64,000 bases of DNA from an uncultured Alphaproteobacteria bacterium (GTDB lineage Bacteria; Bacteroidota; Ignavibacteria; Palsa-1295), in the NCBI GenBank assembly GCA_964404255.1, contig CAYOJJ010000007.1:11659-75658 (forward strand), read 5' to 3'. Of this stretch, positions 49,901 through 58,242 are shown one piece after another. The notes under the pieces are model-generated. The model worked only from the letters and a program-made list of their open reading frames with translations, did no database searches and was not told the DNA's origin. The translations under genes and the position numbers were made by a program. Every line of letters starts with the position of its first letter. The first letter of the stretch is position 1.

Positions 49901-51775
49901 AATAGTATTCGCACCTGAGCTATTTCCATCGGAGCCGGAAGCAATATTATTATAACCACCGCTTATGCTATTGTATCCGGAAAGATTCCCATTACCACCA
50001 TTAGCAGTATGCTGCCAACCTCCACTGATATGGTTGCCGCCGGAATTAATACCAGCACTACCATTGGCATTATTGAACATACCACCGCCGACACTATTCA
50101 TACCGGACCAATCGCCAGCGCCGCCATTAGCAGTGTTTCCATACCCGCCAGCAATGGTATTGATACCACTTGGAGATGACGCAGAAGTACCGCCATTAGC
50201 ATTATTGCTATATCCACCGGAAACTACATTGACGCCGCTGAGTGCACCTGAATTACCATTAGCATGGTTACCCTGGCCACCACCTATCGTATTTTGTCCG
50301 CCTAAATTATTAGTACTGCCGCCAAGAGCCGTATTATTGCTGCCGCCTGCTACCGTATTATAACCGGTATTATCTGCGCTACCGCCATTGCTATTATTAC
50401 TTTGGCCACCGCCGACCGTATTAAATCCGGTGCTATTATTGGCTGAACCGTTGGCATTATTACCTTGACCGCCACCGATATGATTTAATCCCGAGCCGCT
50501 GCCGGCGTTACCATTGGCATTATTTGCATAGCCTCCGGAAATGCTATTGTATCCGGAGAGATTGCCTGCCCCTCCGTTGGCATTAGATAGCCAACCGGCG
50601 CTTACATGATTTCCCCCTGAATTGTAGCCATCTCCACCATTAGCATTATTGAACGAACCGCCGCTGATCGAGTTATTGCCAGACCAATCGCCAGAACCAG
50701 AATGGGCGTTATTAACATACCCACCAGCGATAACATTGGCGCCAATAATTCCGGTAGATGTGGTTAGGCTGCCTCCACTGGCATTATTATTATAACCACC
50801 GGAAATAGTATTCGCACCAGATACGTTGCTTCCGGTACCACCGGCCGCATTATTACCGGTTCCACCACCGACGGTATTAGCACCTGATCCCGAAAAAGCA
50901 TTGCCGGTCGCATTGTTATTCGTACCGCCGGCGATCGTATTACCATTGGTTGAATTTCCGGTGCCAGCGCTGGCATTGTTATTCGAGCCGCCTCCGACAA
51001 CATTCCAGCCAGAAGGGGAGCCGGTATTTCCATTCGCATTATTATTACTACCTCCGACTACGACATTGAAGCCCGAGCCATTTCCGGTGTTGCCGTTGGC
51101 ATGATTGCCAGAACCGCCACCCACAAAGTTCATTCCCGAGGAGCCGCCGGTATTACCATTAGCGGTATTGAAGTAACCACCAACGATCACATTCAGACCC
51201 GACTGTGGAGCCCCGGAAGGATCGGCAGCACTGTTAATAGTATTGCTGGCGCCACCACCGATAAAGTTCACATCGGCAAAATTCGCGTTTATACCGGTGA
51301 TCGTAGAATTTACCGCAGAGCCAATAAAATTACAGTTACCACCGTTAATACTACTGCTAATGCCATTACCTATAAAATTGCCGATTAGTCCCGTGCCGAT
51401 CAAGCTTGTAGAGCCGCCATAGATATTTGCTGCCCCTCCGCCGCCGCCCGGTTCGATACGGATAGCGCGAACACCATTTGTGATAATACTAATCGGCGCA
51501 AGGGTAGTACCGGCCGTTGTGCCAAGAAGATTATTGGTACCATCGATGCCGGAAAGAGCATTTCCTTGTGTAAGCCAGGCCGTAGTGCCAAGGCTTGTGG
51601 TTGTCAGAATGGTGCCTCCACCCGGCGGGAAAATGAAGTTATCCAGGACATTGGTGGTTTGTCCTGTAAGAATTGTGTAGTGACCTGCTCCATCATCTAC
51701 CTGCATTTTATGCTGGGCAAACAAAGGGGTGGCTATTACGGAAATAGCGAATAAGCTACCAAATAGGTATTTCAT
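46976..51775 (-). CDS. Giant secreted glycine/asparagine-rich repeat protein (~1599 aa from MKYLF; the ORF is open to 51826), predicted beta-solenoid fibre
   Basis: Signal peptide ...ATPLFAQ; hundreds of ~19-aa GxNxxxGGxxNxAxG units grouped in ~190-aa super-repeats; C-terminal non-repetitive domain. Confidence 0.7.
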   Translation of the reverse strand: MKYLFGSLFAISVIATPLFAQHKMQVDDGAGHYTILTGQTTNVLDNFIFPPGGGTILTTTSLGTTAWLTQGNALSGIDGTNNLLGTTAGTTLAPISIITNGVRAIRIEPGGGGGAANIYGGSTSLIGTGLIGNFIGNGISSSINGGNCNFIGSAVNSTITGINANFADVNFIGGGASNTINSAADPSGAPQSGLNVIVGGYFNTANGNTGGSSGMNFVGGGSGNHANGNTGNGSGFNVVVGGSNNNANGNTGSPSGWNVVGGGSNNNASAGTGNSTNGNTIAGGTNNNATGNAFSGSGANTVGGGTGNNAAGGTGSNVSGANTISGGYNNNASGGSLTTSTGIIGANVIAGGYVNNAHSGSGDWSGNNSISGGSFNNANGGDGYNSGGNHVSAGWLSNANGGAGNLSGYNSISGGYANNANGNAGSGSGLNHIGGGQGNNANGSANNSTGFNTVGGGQSNNSNGGSADNTGYNTVAGGSNNTALGGSTNNLGGQNTIGGGQGNHANGNSGALSGVNVVSGGYSNNANGGTSASSPSGINTIAGGYGNTANGGAGDWSGMNSVGGGMFNNANGSAGINSGGNHISGGWQHTANGGNGNLSGYNSISGGYNNIASGSDGNSSGANTIAGGQANRASGSANNNTGYNTVAGGGGNQANGGSADATGYNTVAGGSGNQANGGTATSAGYNTVGGGNSNTALGGSTTSLGGANTVAGGQGNHANGGSGIVGGLNVISGGASNTANGGSSTSTPSGANVIGGGYINSASGNSGDWSGLNVIGGGYLNSANGNTGSMSGFNHIGLGYISQANGGIGSFSGLNTIGGGFNQIANGSDGNNSGGNTISGGQSNRASGTANNNTGYNSIGGGNNNQANGGAADGTGFNTVAGGTGNTALGGSNASTGGGNTISGGQNNHANGGSGIVAGVNTISGGGNNTANGGSSTVTPSGGNVIAGGFNNNANANSGDWSGFNTISGGYSGTATGNTGSFSGFNHIGTGYFNHADGGTGSLSGLNMIGGGFNNIATGSDGNNSGLNTVSGGENNHAAGSANNNSGGNSIGGGINNLANGGTADGTGYNSVAGGLGNTALGGSSSSNSGSNTVSGGQNNHANGGSGIVSGANTIAGGLNNSANGGSSTTTPSGANVVSGGYGNTANGGSADWSGMNAVVGGYSNHANGGAGTFSGFNQIGSAYTSQANGGNGINSGLNTIGGGFNNIANGSDGNNSGANTISGGQNNHASGSANNNTGYNSIGGGVSNQANGGTADGTGFNTVAGGSGNTALGGSSSSNSGYNTVTGGLSNHANGSSGNFSGANFIGGGIANTASGNTTSSGAPSGYNIVVGGQNNNASGGAADWGGFNVIVGGYTNSAQGGSGTTSGANVIAGGVSNQANGTSTNGSGYNVVGGGNSNLATPNASAPGYNVVAGGGTNKAQGGYSVVSGGFNNTASGSYAMIPGGRNATASNYGQMAQASGSFASNGDAQTSVLTVRNSVNDNSGTWSSMFLDGGSAKITMPANAAHSFHITVVAKATGGGNFGGWEITGVAINNGGTVTIAAGATVINLTSAEPTGWNVRVVGTASNELDVQFQNNGGTSETVRWVARVESAEVTF
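47600..51100. repeat. Hierarchical coding tandem repeats (~57-bp units, ~570-bp super-repeats) inside the giant gene
   Basis: Recurrence of SGDWSG(M/L/F)N every ~190 aa; very low complexity. Confidence 0.6.
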
Positions 51776-51889
51776 TGGGGAATGACTGGTAAAATAAAAA
51801 ATACTGCTCAGAACGTAACGGCGCAAATATACGGGAAAAAGAGCAAAGTTAAGGGAGAAGGGTATATCGATATACTATTACGTTATAAA

Positions 51890-51921
51890 ATAAAAAAACC
51901 GGCGTAAAGGCCGGTTTTTTC
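51890..51921. terminator. Bidirectional rho-independent terminator
   Basis: aaaaaaaccggcgtaaaggccggtttttt. Confidence 0.65.
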
Positions 51922-51979
51922 GATCATTAGTAAAACTAAGATCGTTCCTGTGATCCCGTGGCAGGGATCGCAACTTATA

Positions 51980-53863
51980 TTAGGGGATCGTGGCATTAAT
52001 ACCAAAGAACACATTACCTGGGCCAGTTGGGTTGCTATTTGGTATGATTCTGATCGATAGTAAGTCGCCGGCAGTTACTGAAAGATTAGTGGCATTATTA
52101 CCACTGGTTTGTGCATTCCCTGAAAGGGTTATACTCGGCCCACTGTTAGAGCCATTCTGCCTTACAGTATAGGTAAAGGAATTTCCGGTACCAGGAGCAT
52201 TTTCGCACTGCACATATAAGGATCTAATAGTACAATCAACAGGTACTATAACCTGAAAATCAGCTTCGGTTGTACCGGGAGAACTTATTCCGCTTGGGCA
52301 GGCAAATTCTGTATTAGTTGAACTGACGGTACCTGAGACCATGTGCCCGCTCCAGACAATATTATTTGTAGTCGGGGTTGTCCAACCAAGTGTGGGAGTA
52401 GCAGTACCGCCACCACTGGCAATAGTAAGTACATCTCCGTTAGCGGTGCCGGCGGAAGTTGCCGGAAGTGTATAGGTTGCATTTGCAGTGGCCCCCGATA
52501 CCAAAGCGGTAGAGAAGGTATTGGCAGCATTATTTAATTTGAGCGCTTTACCGCTATTGACAATAACAGCACCGTTGGTACCGGTGCCGGTATTGTTTCC
52601 GGCTACGAGGGTAATATTACCGCCATTTTGATTGGTACCTGCTGCATTTCCGGCTGTTACGGTTACGTTACCACCAGCCCCGGTAGTAGAAGCATCGGTA
52701 CCAGTAATAGTTACTGCAGCACCGGCTGCCGTACCGGTCGAAGTGCCACCGGTCAGGTTTAACGAACCGCCCTGGCCTCCGCCGCCAGCATTACCGCCGC
52801 GGATAGTAGCCGATCCACCATTACCACTGGTTGCTCCACCCTGGCCACCGGATACTAATACTGTTCCGCCACCGCCGGTTGTACCCGGGGTACCGCCGCT
52901 TAAAATGGAGTTACCGCCGGAACCAAGCCCACTGCCAGCTCCGCCATTGAAAGTGAGGTTTCCACCATTATGACTGGCTCCGCCGGTACCTGTGCCGGTA
53001 CCACCATTAATATTAATAGCACCTCCGGTGCCACCGCTGGCACCGCCCGTACCTGCCGAAATACTAATATCTCCACCATTGCCGGTGGTATTACCAGTTC
53101 CGGTCTGCATAATAAATGATTTACCGGCTGTGCCAGCCGAAGCACCATCCGGGGTCGAAATATCAAGATTAGTACCACTGCCGGTTGTATTGAGTACTAT
53201 CCCTTTGGAAATACCCGAACCGGTTGCTGTCGTTGTAATAGTCAGGCCGGTTGCGCTATTATTTGTCGCATTGGTTGCTGTTGAATTTATCCTTGCTCCT
53301 AATGCTGCTGCATTTACGTTCGTGGCTGAATACGAAATATCGAACAAATAATTATTTGCTGCGATATTAGTAGTATTCTGGGTTGTCGTTGCTCCGTAAG
53401 TAACGCCGGTGACGGAAACAGGGGACCAGGTAAGTGTACCTGAGCCATTGTTTGTAAGTACACCAGCCGCATTGGCGGGGATCGTATTACCGAGAATTTT
53501 ATTGACAGTAATAACACCAGCATTTGTAATACTGGCATCGCCGGTTAATGCAACATCGGAAGCGACATTCGTACCATTGCCCACAAAAATATGGGCGCTC
53601 GTAAGTGTCGATGATAATCCTGCAGCACCCCAGCTTAATGTACCCGAACCATTGTTCGTAAGTACCCCTGCTGCATTCCCGGTGGGAAGCGTCAGGGTAA
53701 ACGGGGTTGTGAAACTGCCTGTTTGATCGGCCTGTAAGGTCAATTGGACGGTACCGGCTGTACCACCGCCAAGAATAACTTTTCTCGCATACTCAAAGCC
53801 ATAAGTCTGCGCTGAAGCTGCCGAAGCTGTAAGCAAAGCGACCAAGATTAGGAGTCTGTTCAT
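51980..53863 (-). CDS. Secreted glycine/threonine-rich fibrous repeat protein (paralogous family)
   Basis: Signal peptide MNRLLILVALLTASAASAQ; N-terminal module similar to 53938-55668; Gly-rich repeats. Confidence 0.65.
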   Translation of the reverse strand: MNRLLILVALLTASAASAQTYGFEYARKVILGGGTAGTVQLTLQADQTGSFTTPFTLTLPTGNAAGVLTNNGSGTLSWGAAGLSSTLTSAHIFVGNGTNVASDVALTGDASITNAGVITVNKILGNTIPANAAGVLTNNGSGTLTWSPVSVTGVTYGATTTQNTTNIAANNYLFDISYSATNVNAAALGARINSTATNATNNSATGLTITTTATGSGISKGIVLNTTGSGTNLDISTPDGASAGTAGKSFIMQTGTGNTTGNGGDISISAGTGGASGGTGGAININGGTGTGTGGASHNGGNLTFNGGAGSGLGSGGNSILSGGTPGTTGGGGTVLVSGGQGGATSGNGGSATIRGGNAGGGGQGGSLNLTGGTSTGTAAGAAVTITGTDASTTGAGGNVTVTAGNAAGTNQNGGNITLVAGNNTGTGTNGAVIVNSGKALKLNNAANTFSTALVSGATANATYTLPATSAGTANGDVLTIASGGGTATPTLGWTTPTTNNIVWSGHMVSGTVSSTNTEFACPSGISSPGTTEADFQVIVPVDCTIRSLYVQCENAPGTGNSFTYTVRQNGSNSGPSITLSGNAQTSGNNATNLSVTAGDLLSIRIIPNSNPTGPGNVFFGINATIP

Positions 53864-53937
53864 ATAACTGCTACCGTCCAATTGATTTAAACTTAGTTAT
53901 TTCGTTACAAAGAATATTCTCTATCAATGATGGGAAA

Positions 53938-55668
53938 TTAGTTGATAGCGATAACTCTCCAGCGACTGATACTGCCATCATACATCAGTGTAACTGTACC
54001 ATCGGCATCGACGATAATATCGCCGCCTTTAATGCGAAAACCATTACTCGGTGTATTCGCATTGTTATTTAGAAGAGTGAAGTTATTTGTACCCGTATTC
54101 ACGAGGATTACAATTCTTCCGTCAACACCATCGCTTAAGCCACGGACGGCAAAGCCGGTGCTGGTTGCCGATGCCTTAAAATAAGTATTCGTAGTACCGA
54201 TCGTATAATCACTGGAAGTAGTAATAGAGATCGTGCTTGCAGCAGTATATTGTGTTGCACCGAAGGTTTGGGTACCGGTCCAGGTATGGGCATTCGAAAG
54301 ATTAAACGTGGGGTTCGGATACGTACCGCTAAGATCGCCACCGGCAGCACCGTTCGGCGGTAAAGAGGTAGGTCCTCCGGTGATCTTGCTGTATGCAATT
54401 GCAGCGGTCGGCGATACATCGGCATCAACGATAGTACCGTCAGCAATTTTAGCGCTGGTGATAGCATTTGCCGCTACCGTAGGATTTGGGTAGGTACCGG
54501 TGAGATCTCCACCCGCCGCACCGCTTGGCGGTAAAGAAGTCGGTCCGCCACTGATCTTGCTATATGCAATTGCAGCGGTCGGCGATACATCGGCATCAAC
54601 GATAGTACCGTCAGCAATTTTAGCGCTGGTGATAGCATTTGCCGCTACCGTAGGATTTGGGTAGGTACCGGTAAGATCTCCACCCGCCGCACCGCTTGGC
54701 GGTAAGGAAGTTGGGCCGCCGCTGATCTTACTGTATGCAATAGCGGCAGTCGGTGATACATCGGCATCAACGATCGTCCCATCGGCGATCTTCGCACTGG
54801 TGATAGCATTTGCTGCTACCGTAGGATTTGGGTAGGTACCGGTGAGATCACCACCTGCAGCACCACTTGGCGGTAAGGAGGTCGGGCCGCCGGTAATTTT
54901 ACTATACTGAATAGCAGCCGTCGGCGATACATCGGCATCAACAATGCTACCGGCAAGATTTAATTTACTATAGGCAATAGCTGCTGTCGGGCTGACATCG
55001 GCATTGACGATCGTTCCATCAGCGATCTTAGCGCTGGTTACAGCATTAGCGGCAATAACCGGGTTCGGGTACGTACCCGTGAGATCGCCGCCTGCCGCAC
55101 CACTTGGTGGAAGCGAGGTCGGTCCTCCGGTGATCTTGCTGTACTGGATAGCGGCTGTCGGTGAAACGTCAGCATCAACGATGGCGCCATCGAGGATCTT
55201 CGCACTATTTACCGCACCGTTTGCGATCGTAAGAGTGCCGGTGCCGTCGATGGTTGCATCTCCACCCATAGGGGTGCTGTTCCAGGTACCACTATTAGCG
55301 ATAAGCAGGTTGCCGGCAGTTGCAGTAGTTGTTCCAAGGGCAACGCCATTAATTCTGGCGACAGTATTCGATCCCGGGGCTCCCGTTACATCGCCGGCTA
55401 AGACAATGGAAAGAGTAGTAGGGCTTGTCCAGCTTAGTAGCCCTGAGCCATTGGTCGTCAGTACATATCCATTGGTAATACCGGTGCTCGGGAAGGTATA
55501 GACTGCGCTTCCCAGCGCATCGGTCTGAATAGTGGTGGTATTCGTGGTAGAAGTACCTCCGCCGGCTAAGACCAATTTAGTGGCATAATCGGTCTTATAT
55601 GTTTGGGCAGATGCTATATTACCAAGCGCCAGGACAGCAAGCGCAATGGCAGATAATGTTTTTTTCAT
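53938..55668 (-). CDS. Secreted fibrous repeat protein with near-perfect 57-aa tandem repeats (tail-fibre-like AKIADGTIV / GDLTGTYPNP motifs)
   Basis: Signal peptide MKKTLSAIALAVLALGNIASAQ; repeat DADVSPTAAIAYSKISGGPTSLPPSGAAGGDLTGTYPNPTVAANAITSAKIADGTIV in about 5 copies. Confidence 0.7.
   Translation of the reverse strand: MKKTLSAIALAVLALGNIASAQTYKTDYATKLVLAGGGTSTTNTTTIQTDALGSAVYTFPSTGITNGYVLTTNGSGLLSWTSPTTLSIVLAGDVTGAPGSNTVARINGVALGTTTATAGNLLIANSGTWNSTPMGGDATIDGTGTLTIANGAVNSAKILDGAIVDADVSPTAAIQYSKITGGPTSLPPSGAAGGDLTGTYPNPVIAANAVTSAKIADGTIVNADVSPTAAIAYSKLNLAGSIVDADVSPTAAIQYSKITGGPTSLPPSGAAGGDLTGTYPNPTVAANAITSAKIADGTIVDADVSPTAAIAYSKISGGPTSLPPSGAAGGDLTGTYPNPTVAANAITSAKIADGTIVDADVSPTAAIAYSKISGGPTSLPPSGAAGGDLTGTYPNPTVAANAITSAKIADGTIVDADVSPTAAIAYSKITGGPTSLPPNGAAGGDLSGTYPNPTFNLSNAHTWTGTQTFGATQYTAASTISITTSSDYTIGTTNTYFKASATSTGFAVRGLSDGVDGRIVILVNTGTNNFTLLNNNANTPSNGFRIKGGDIIVDADGTVTLMYDGSISRWRVIAIN
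54230..55190. repeat. 171-bp near-perfect tandem repeat array (about 5 copies, one truncated) inside the CDS
   Basis: Identical DNA blocks, e.g. gcaatagcggcagtcggtgatacatcggcatcaacgat... recurring every 171 bp. Confidence 0.75.
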
Positions 55669-55706
55669 AGTTGTCGTGTGTGTGGTTGTATCCGTGGAAA
55701 ATTCTA

Positions 55707-56543
55707 TCAGTAGGTCGAAACTACTTTCCAGAAGGTAGACGCCGCATCATATACTAATGTTGCTGCGCTATTATGCCCGAGGATGATATCTCCTCCGGGA
55801 TTAAGATCGAAACGATTGCCGGCTGAAGAACCGCTATTATCATTTTTGAGTACAATAGGCTGGGTACCGATATTGGTTATAATAACCAAATGTCCGTCGG
55901 GAATACCGGCATTATTAATTCCTGTAAGATCTATAGGCCCTCCCGTGCCATTATTCAAGCGGAAATATGAAGCAGAGGGGGAAAGCAAAAGATTGTTTGT
56001 GTTTCCTAATAATGAGCCGGCGCCGGTGTAGGTATTATCGACGGAAGTATTGAGCGTTGCGGTACTATTAGACCAACTAAGATTGCCGGAGCCATCATTT
56101 ACAAGCACCTGGTTAGATGTTCCCTGTGACGAAGGAAAGGAATAAGCGACGTTATTAATCTTTGTAATATTGCCGCTATTATTGACGGAAAATTGACCGC
56201 CGGAGCCAATCGTAACAACGCCGGTTTGGCTGATACTCATTCTGGTATTAGGACCACCGGAACCGGTAACGAAATTAATAGGGGTGTTATCGAGAGTGCC
56301 CAGTTGATTGGAGCCCCCGATGCCAGTATTGCCACCTAATGCCCAGGCAAAAGTAGGTATTGCACCGGAAGTTAAAAGTACTCCGCCACCAGCAGGTAGT
56401 TGAAAATTATCGACTGCATTAGTAGTTTGGCCTTTAAGGACCGAGTAGTGGCCGGCGCCATCATCGACTTGTAAAAAATGACCTTGTGCAAAAGCTGAAG
56501 AGGCTGTAATCAACAGCGCTGCACCCAATACTAAATTTTTCAT
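55707..56543 (-). CDS. Secreted fibrous-family protein (short paralog; N-terminal module as in the giant protein)
   Basis: Signal peptide ...SAFAQ; N-terminal QVDDGAGHYSVLKGQTTNAVDNF is ~70% identical to the giant protein's N-terminus. Confidence 0.65.
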   Translation of the reverse strand: MKNLVLGAALLITASSAFAQGHFLQVDDGAGHYSVLKGQTTNAVDNFQLPAGGGVLLTSGAIPTFAWALGGNTGIGGSNQLGTLDNTPINFVTGSGGPNTRMSISQTGVVTIGSGGQFSVNNSGNITKINNVAYSFPSSQGTSNQVLVNDGSGNLSWSNSTATLNTSVDNTYTGAGSLLGNTNNLLLSPSASYFRLNNGTGGPIDLTGINNAGIPDGHLVIITNIGTQPIVLKNDNSGSSAGNRFDLNPGGDIILGHNSAATLVYDAASTFWKVVSTY

Positions 56544-56731
56544 AAGCTGCTCTATGAGTAAAAGATCCCGTGGTCATCTATAGGGGGGTGGGGGGAAAAG
56601 ATGACGAAACACAGACACACGAATATACTTAAATATTTTTTAAATTGCAAGCGAGGGGGAAAGATGGAAGACTTTTATTTTTGCAGGTCTTAGTTATTTA
56701 TTATTTATACCTTATATTTATATTATTATAT

Positions 56732-57955
56732 TTATTTCCGAGAAATAATAACTATTGTTAAATCGTCGGTGACGACGAGTCCGGACTGCAATAACCGATC
56801 TTTTAACCCTTCACTGCCTTCTTTGATAATTGTGGGTACGATAGAAAGTACACCCGAAGGACCGACCATTTTTCTATTGTGTTCATGGTACGCTTCCGAA
56901 AGTCCATCAGTGTATAAGACGATAGTATCTCCGGAAAAAAAAGGAAGCACGTGCGGTATAAATATGGCAGAAGGTAAAATTCCGAGGGGCATGCCGCTGG
57001 TAGTAATTTCTACAATACCGGTATCGGCTTTGACTAAGACCGGACGAGGATGACCACAAATAACCGATTCAACAGTATTAGAACTCGTATCGATTATTAA
57101 GAATACCGCAGTGACAAATCGCTCTGCAGAAGTACTCTCGGTAACCAGCATATTCAACCGTTCAGCTAATTGAACCAGCGATAGCTGGCCTGATCGAACC
57201 TGCGGTAATAACGCATGTAAGGAAGCCTGAACGTTCGACATCAGAATTGCAGCGCTTACTCCTTTTCCGACAACATCGGCAATGACAGCCAATACCTTGG
57301 TATCGGAAAGAGCAATGAGATCGTAATAATCTCCACCGACAAGTTCGCTTTGATGGCTGAAGGCATCGAACCGAAGACCGGCGATAATCGGAAGCTGCTG
57401 GGGTAAGAGCGATAGCTGGATCTCGCGGGCCAATCTCAGTTCTGCTTCATACCGTTCCTTTTCCCGTTCGGCTTCGAAGAGGCGGGCATTGGTAATTGCC
57501 ATTCCGGCAAGCAGCGATAACGATTCAAGATAATTATTTTCCTGGGTTAGATCGGTTTCGCTGACGATCGATCTTCCGAATCCAAGAAACGCAATGATCT
57601 CATTTTGCTCGGAGTCGAAAACGGGCAGGGTCGTCCGTACTCCTTCCGGAGGAGAAAATAACCACGTTTCCAATTCTTCAAAGCTGATCGTTTCAGGAAA
57701 CGGGAAATGGCGAAGACCCGAATGAGAGACTAACTGGTACTGGCGTTCACCGTTGGGCAACGGCTCATTGCCAAGGTAGGCAAAGCCATCGGTAATGAGC
57801 GCTTTACCCATGATCGTTCGTTGAATACTTTTTAAGATGCCAATAGGGCCAAGATCGGGGGTGAGTGTCCGTGCAAATTCAAGCAGCGACCGCATGGCAA
57901 AGCGCTCGCGACGAAGGTCGCGTTCGAGCAGTTGTTCTTTGTTCTGGGCGGTCAT
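56732..57955 (-). CDS. PP2C-type serine phosphatase (SpoIIE/RsbU-like) with an N-terminal GAF-like domain
   Basis: PP2C motifs GGDYYD, VADVVGKG, LYTDGLSEA; start at MTAQNKEQ because the longer ORF overlaps tRNA-Gly. Confidence 0.7.
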   Translation of the reverse strand: MTAQNKEQLLERDLRRERFAMRSLLEFARTLTPDLGPIGILKSIQRTIMGKALITDGFAYLGNEPLPNGERQYQLVSHSGLRHFPFPETISFEELETWLFSPPEGVRTTLPVFDSEQNEIIAFLGFGRSIVSETDLTQENNYLESLSLLAGMAITNARLFEAEREKERYEAELRLAREIQLSLLPQQLPIIAGLRFDAFSHQSELVGGDYYDLIALSDTKVLAVIADVVGKGVSAAILMSNVQASLHALLPQVRSGQLSLVQLAERLNMLVTESTSAERFVTAVFLIIDTSSNTVESVICGHPRPVLVKADTGIVEITTSGMPLGILPSAIFIPHVLPFFSGDTIVLYTDGLSEAYHEHNRKMVGPSGVLSIVPTIIKEGSEGLKDRLLQSGLVVTDDLTIVIISRK

Positions 57956-58011
57956 GGGATGAACAAAAACAAAAAAGCCGCCCTCGTCTTGGGGCGGCAG
58001 TAAGTCACTTG

Positions 58012-58084
<73 letters not shown>

Positions 58085-58242
58085 ATTCATTGGAGCGCGC
58101 TAATAACATTCCAGACGAGGCGGAAGGTTTCCATTTAGTTAAGATTATGAATCTATTGTTTCTATAATTTGTCTCGGGGTACTAAATACGGCTTCGGATG
58201 GTTATTTCGACGTATTTTTGCACTTTACTAATTTTTAAAGCA

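Noticed and set aside
54230-55190. 171-bp tandem repeats as a CRISPR-like array
   Set aside because: Repeats are contiguous with no spacers, are in-frame coding sequence, and far exceed CRISPR repeat length.
47031-55501. Many 60-170-aa ORFs in alternative frames and on the opposite strand of the glycine-rich genes (e.g. 48879-49181, 49965-50363, 50826-51104, 52632-52973, 52992-53351, 53409-53726, 54135-54467, 55004-55501), mostly Pro/Leu/Ala-rich
   Set aside because: They are frame artefacts of GGN/AAC-rich repeat DNA: low-complexity, fully overlapping strong CDSs, and without starts in sensible contexts.
46976-56543. Prophage or tail-fibre module interpretation of the glycine-rich gene cluster
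   Set aside because: All five proteins have Sec signal peptides. No capsid, terminase, baseplate, lysis or integrase genes flank the cluster. A cell-surface fibre family is more parsimonious.
58094-58242. Possible glycine riboswitch upstream of gcvT (ggagcgcgc ... ccagacgaggcggaaggtt has faint resemblance to the GGAGAG/ACCGAAGG aptamer core)
   Set aside because: The match is weak, only one partial aptamer, and the region must also contain the divergent tRNA-Gly promoter. Cannot support it without a covariance-model scan.
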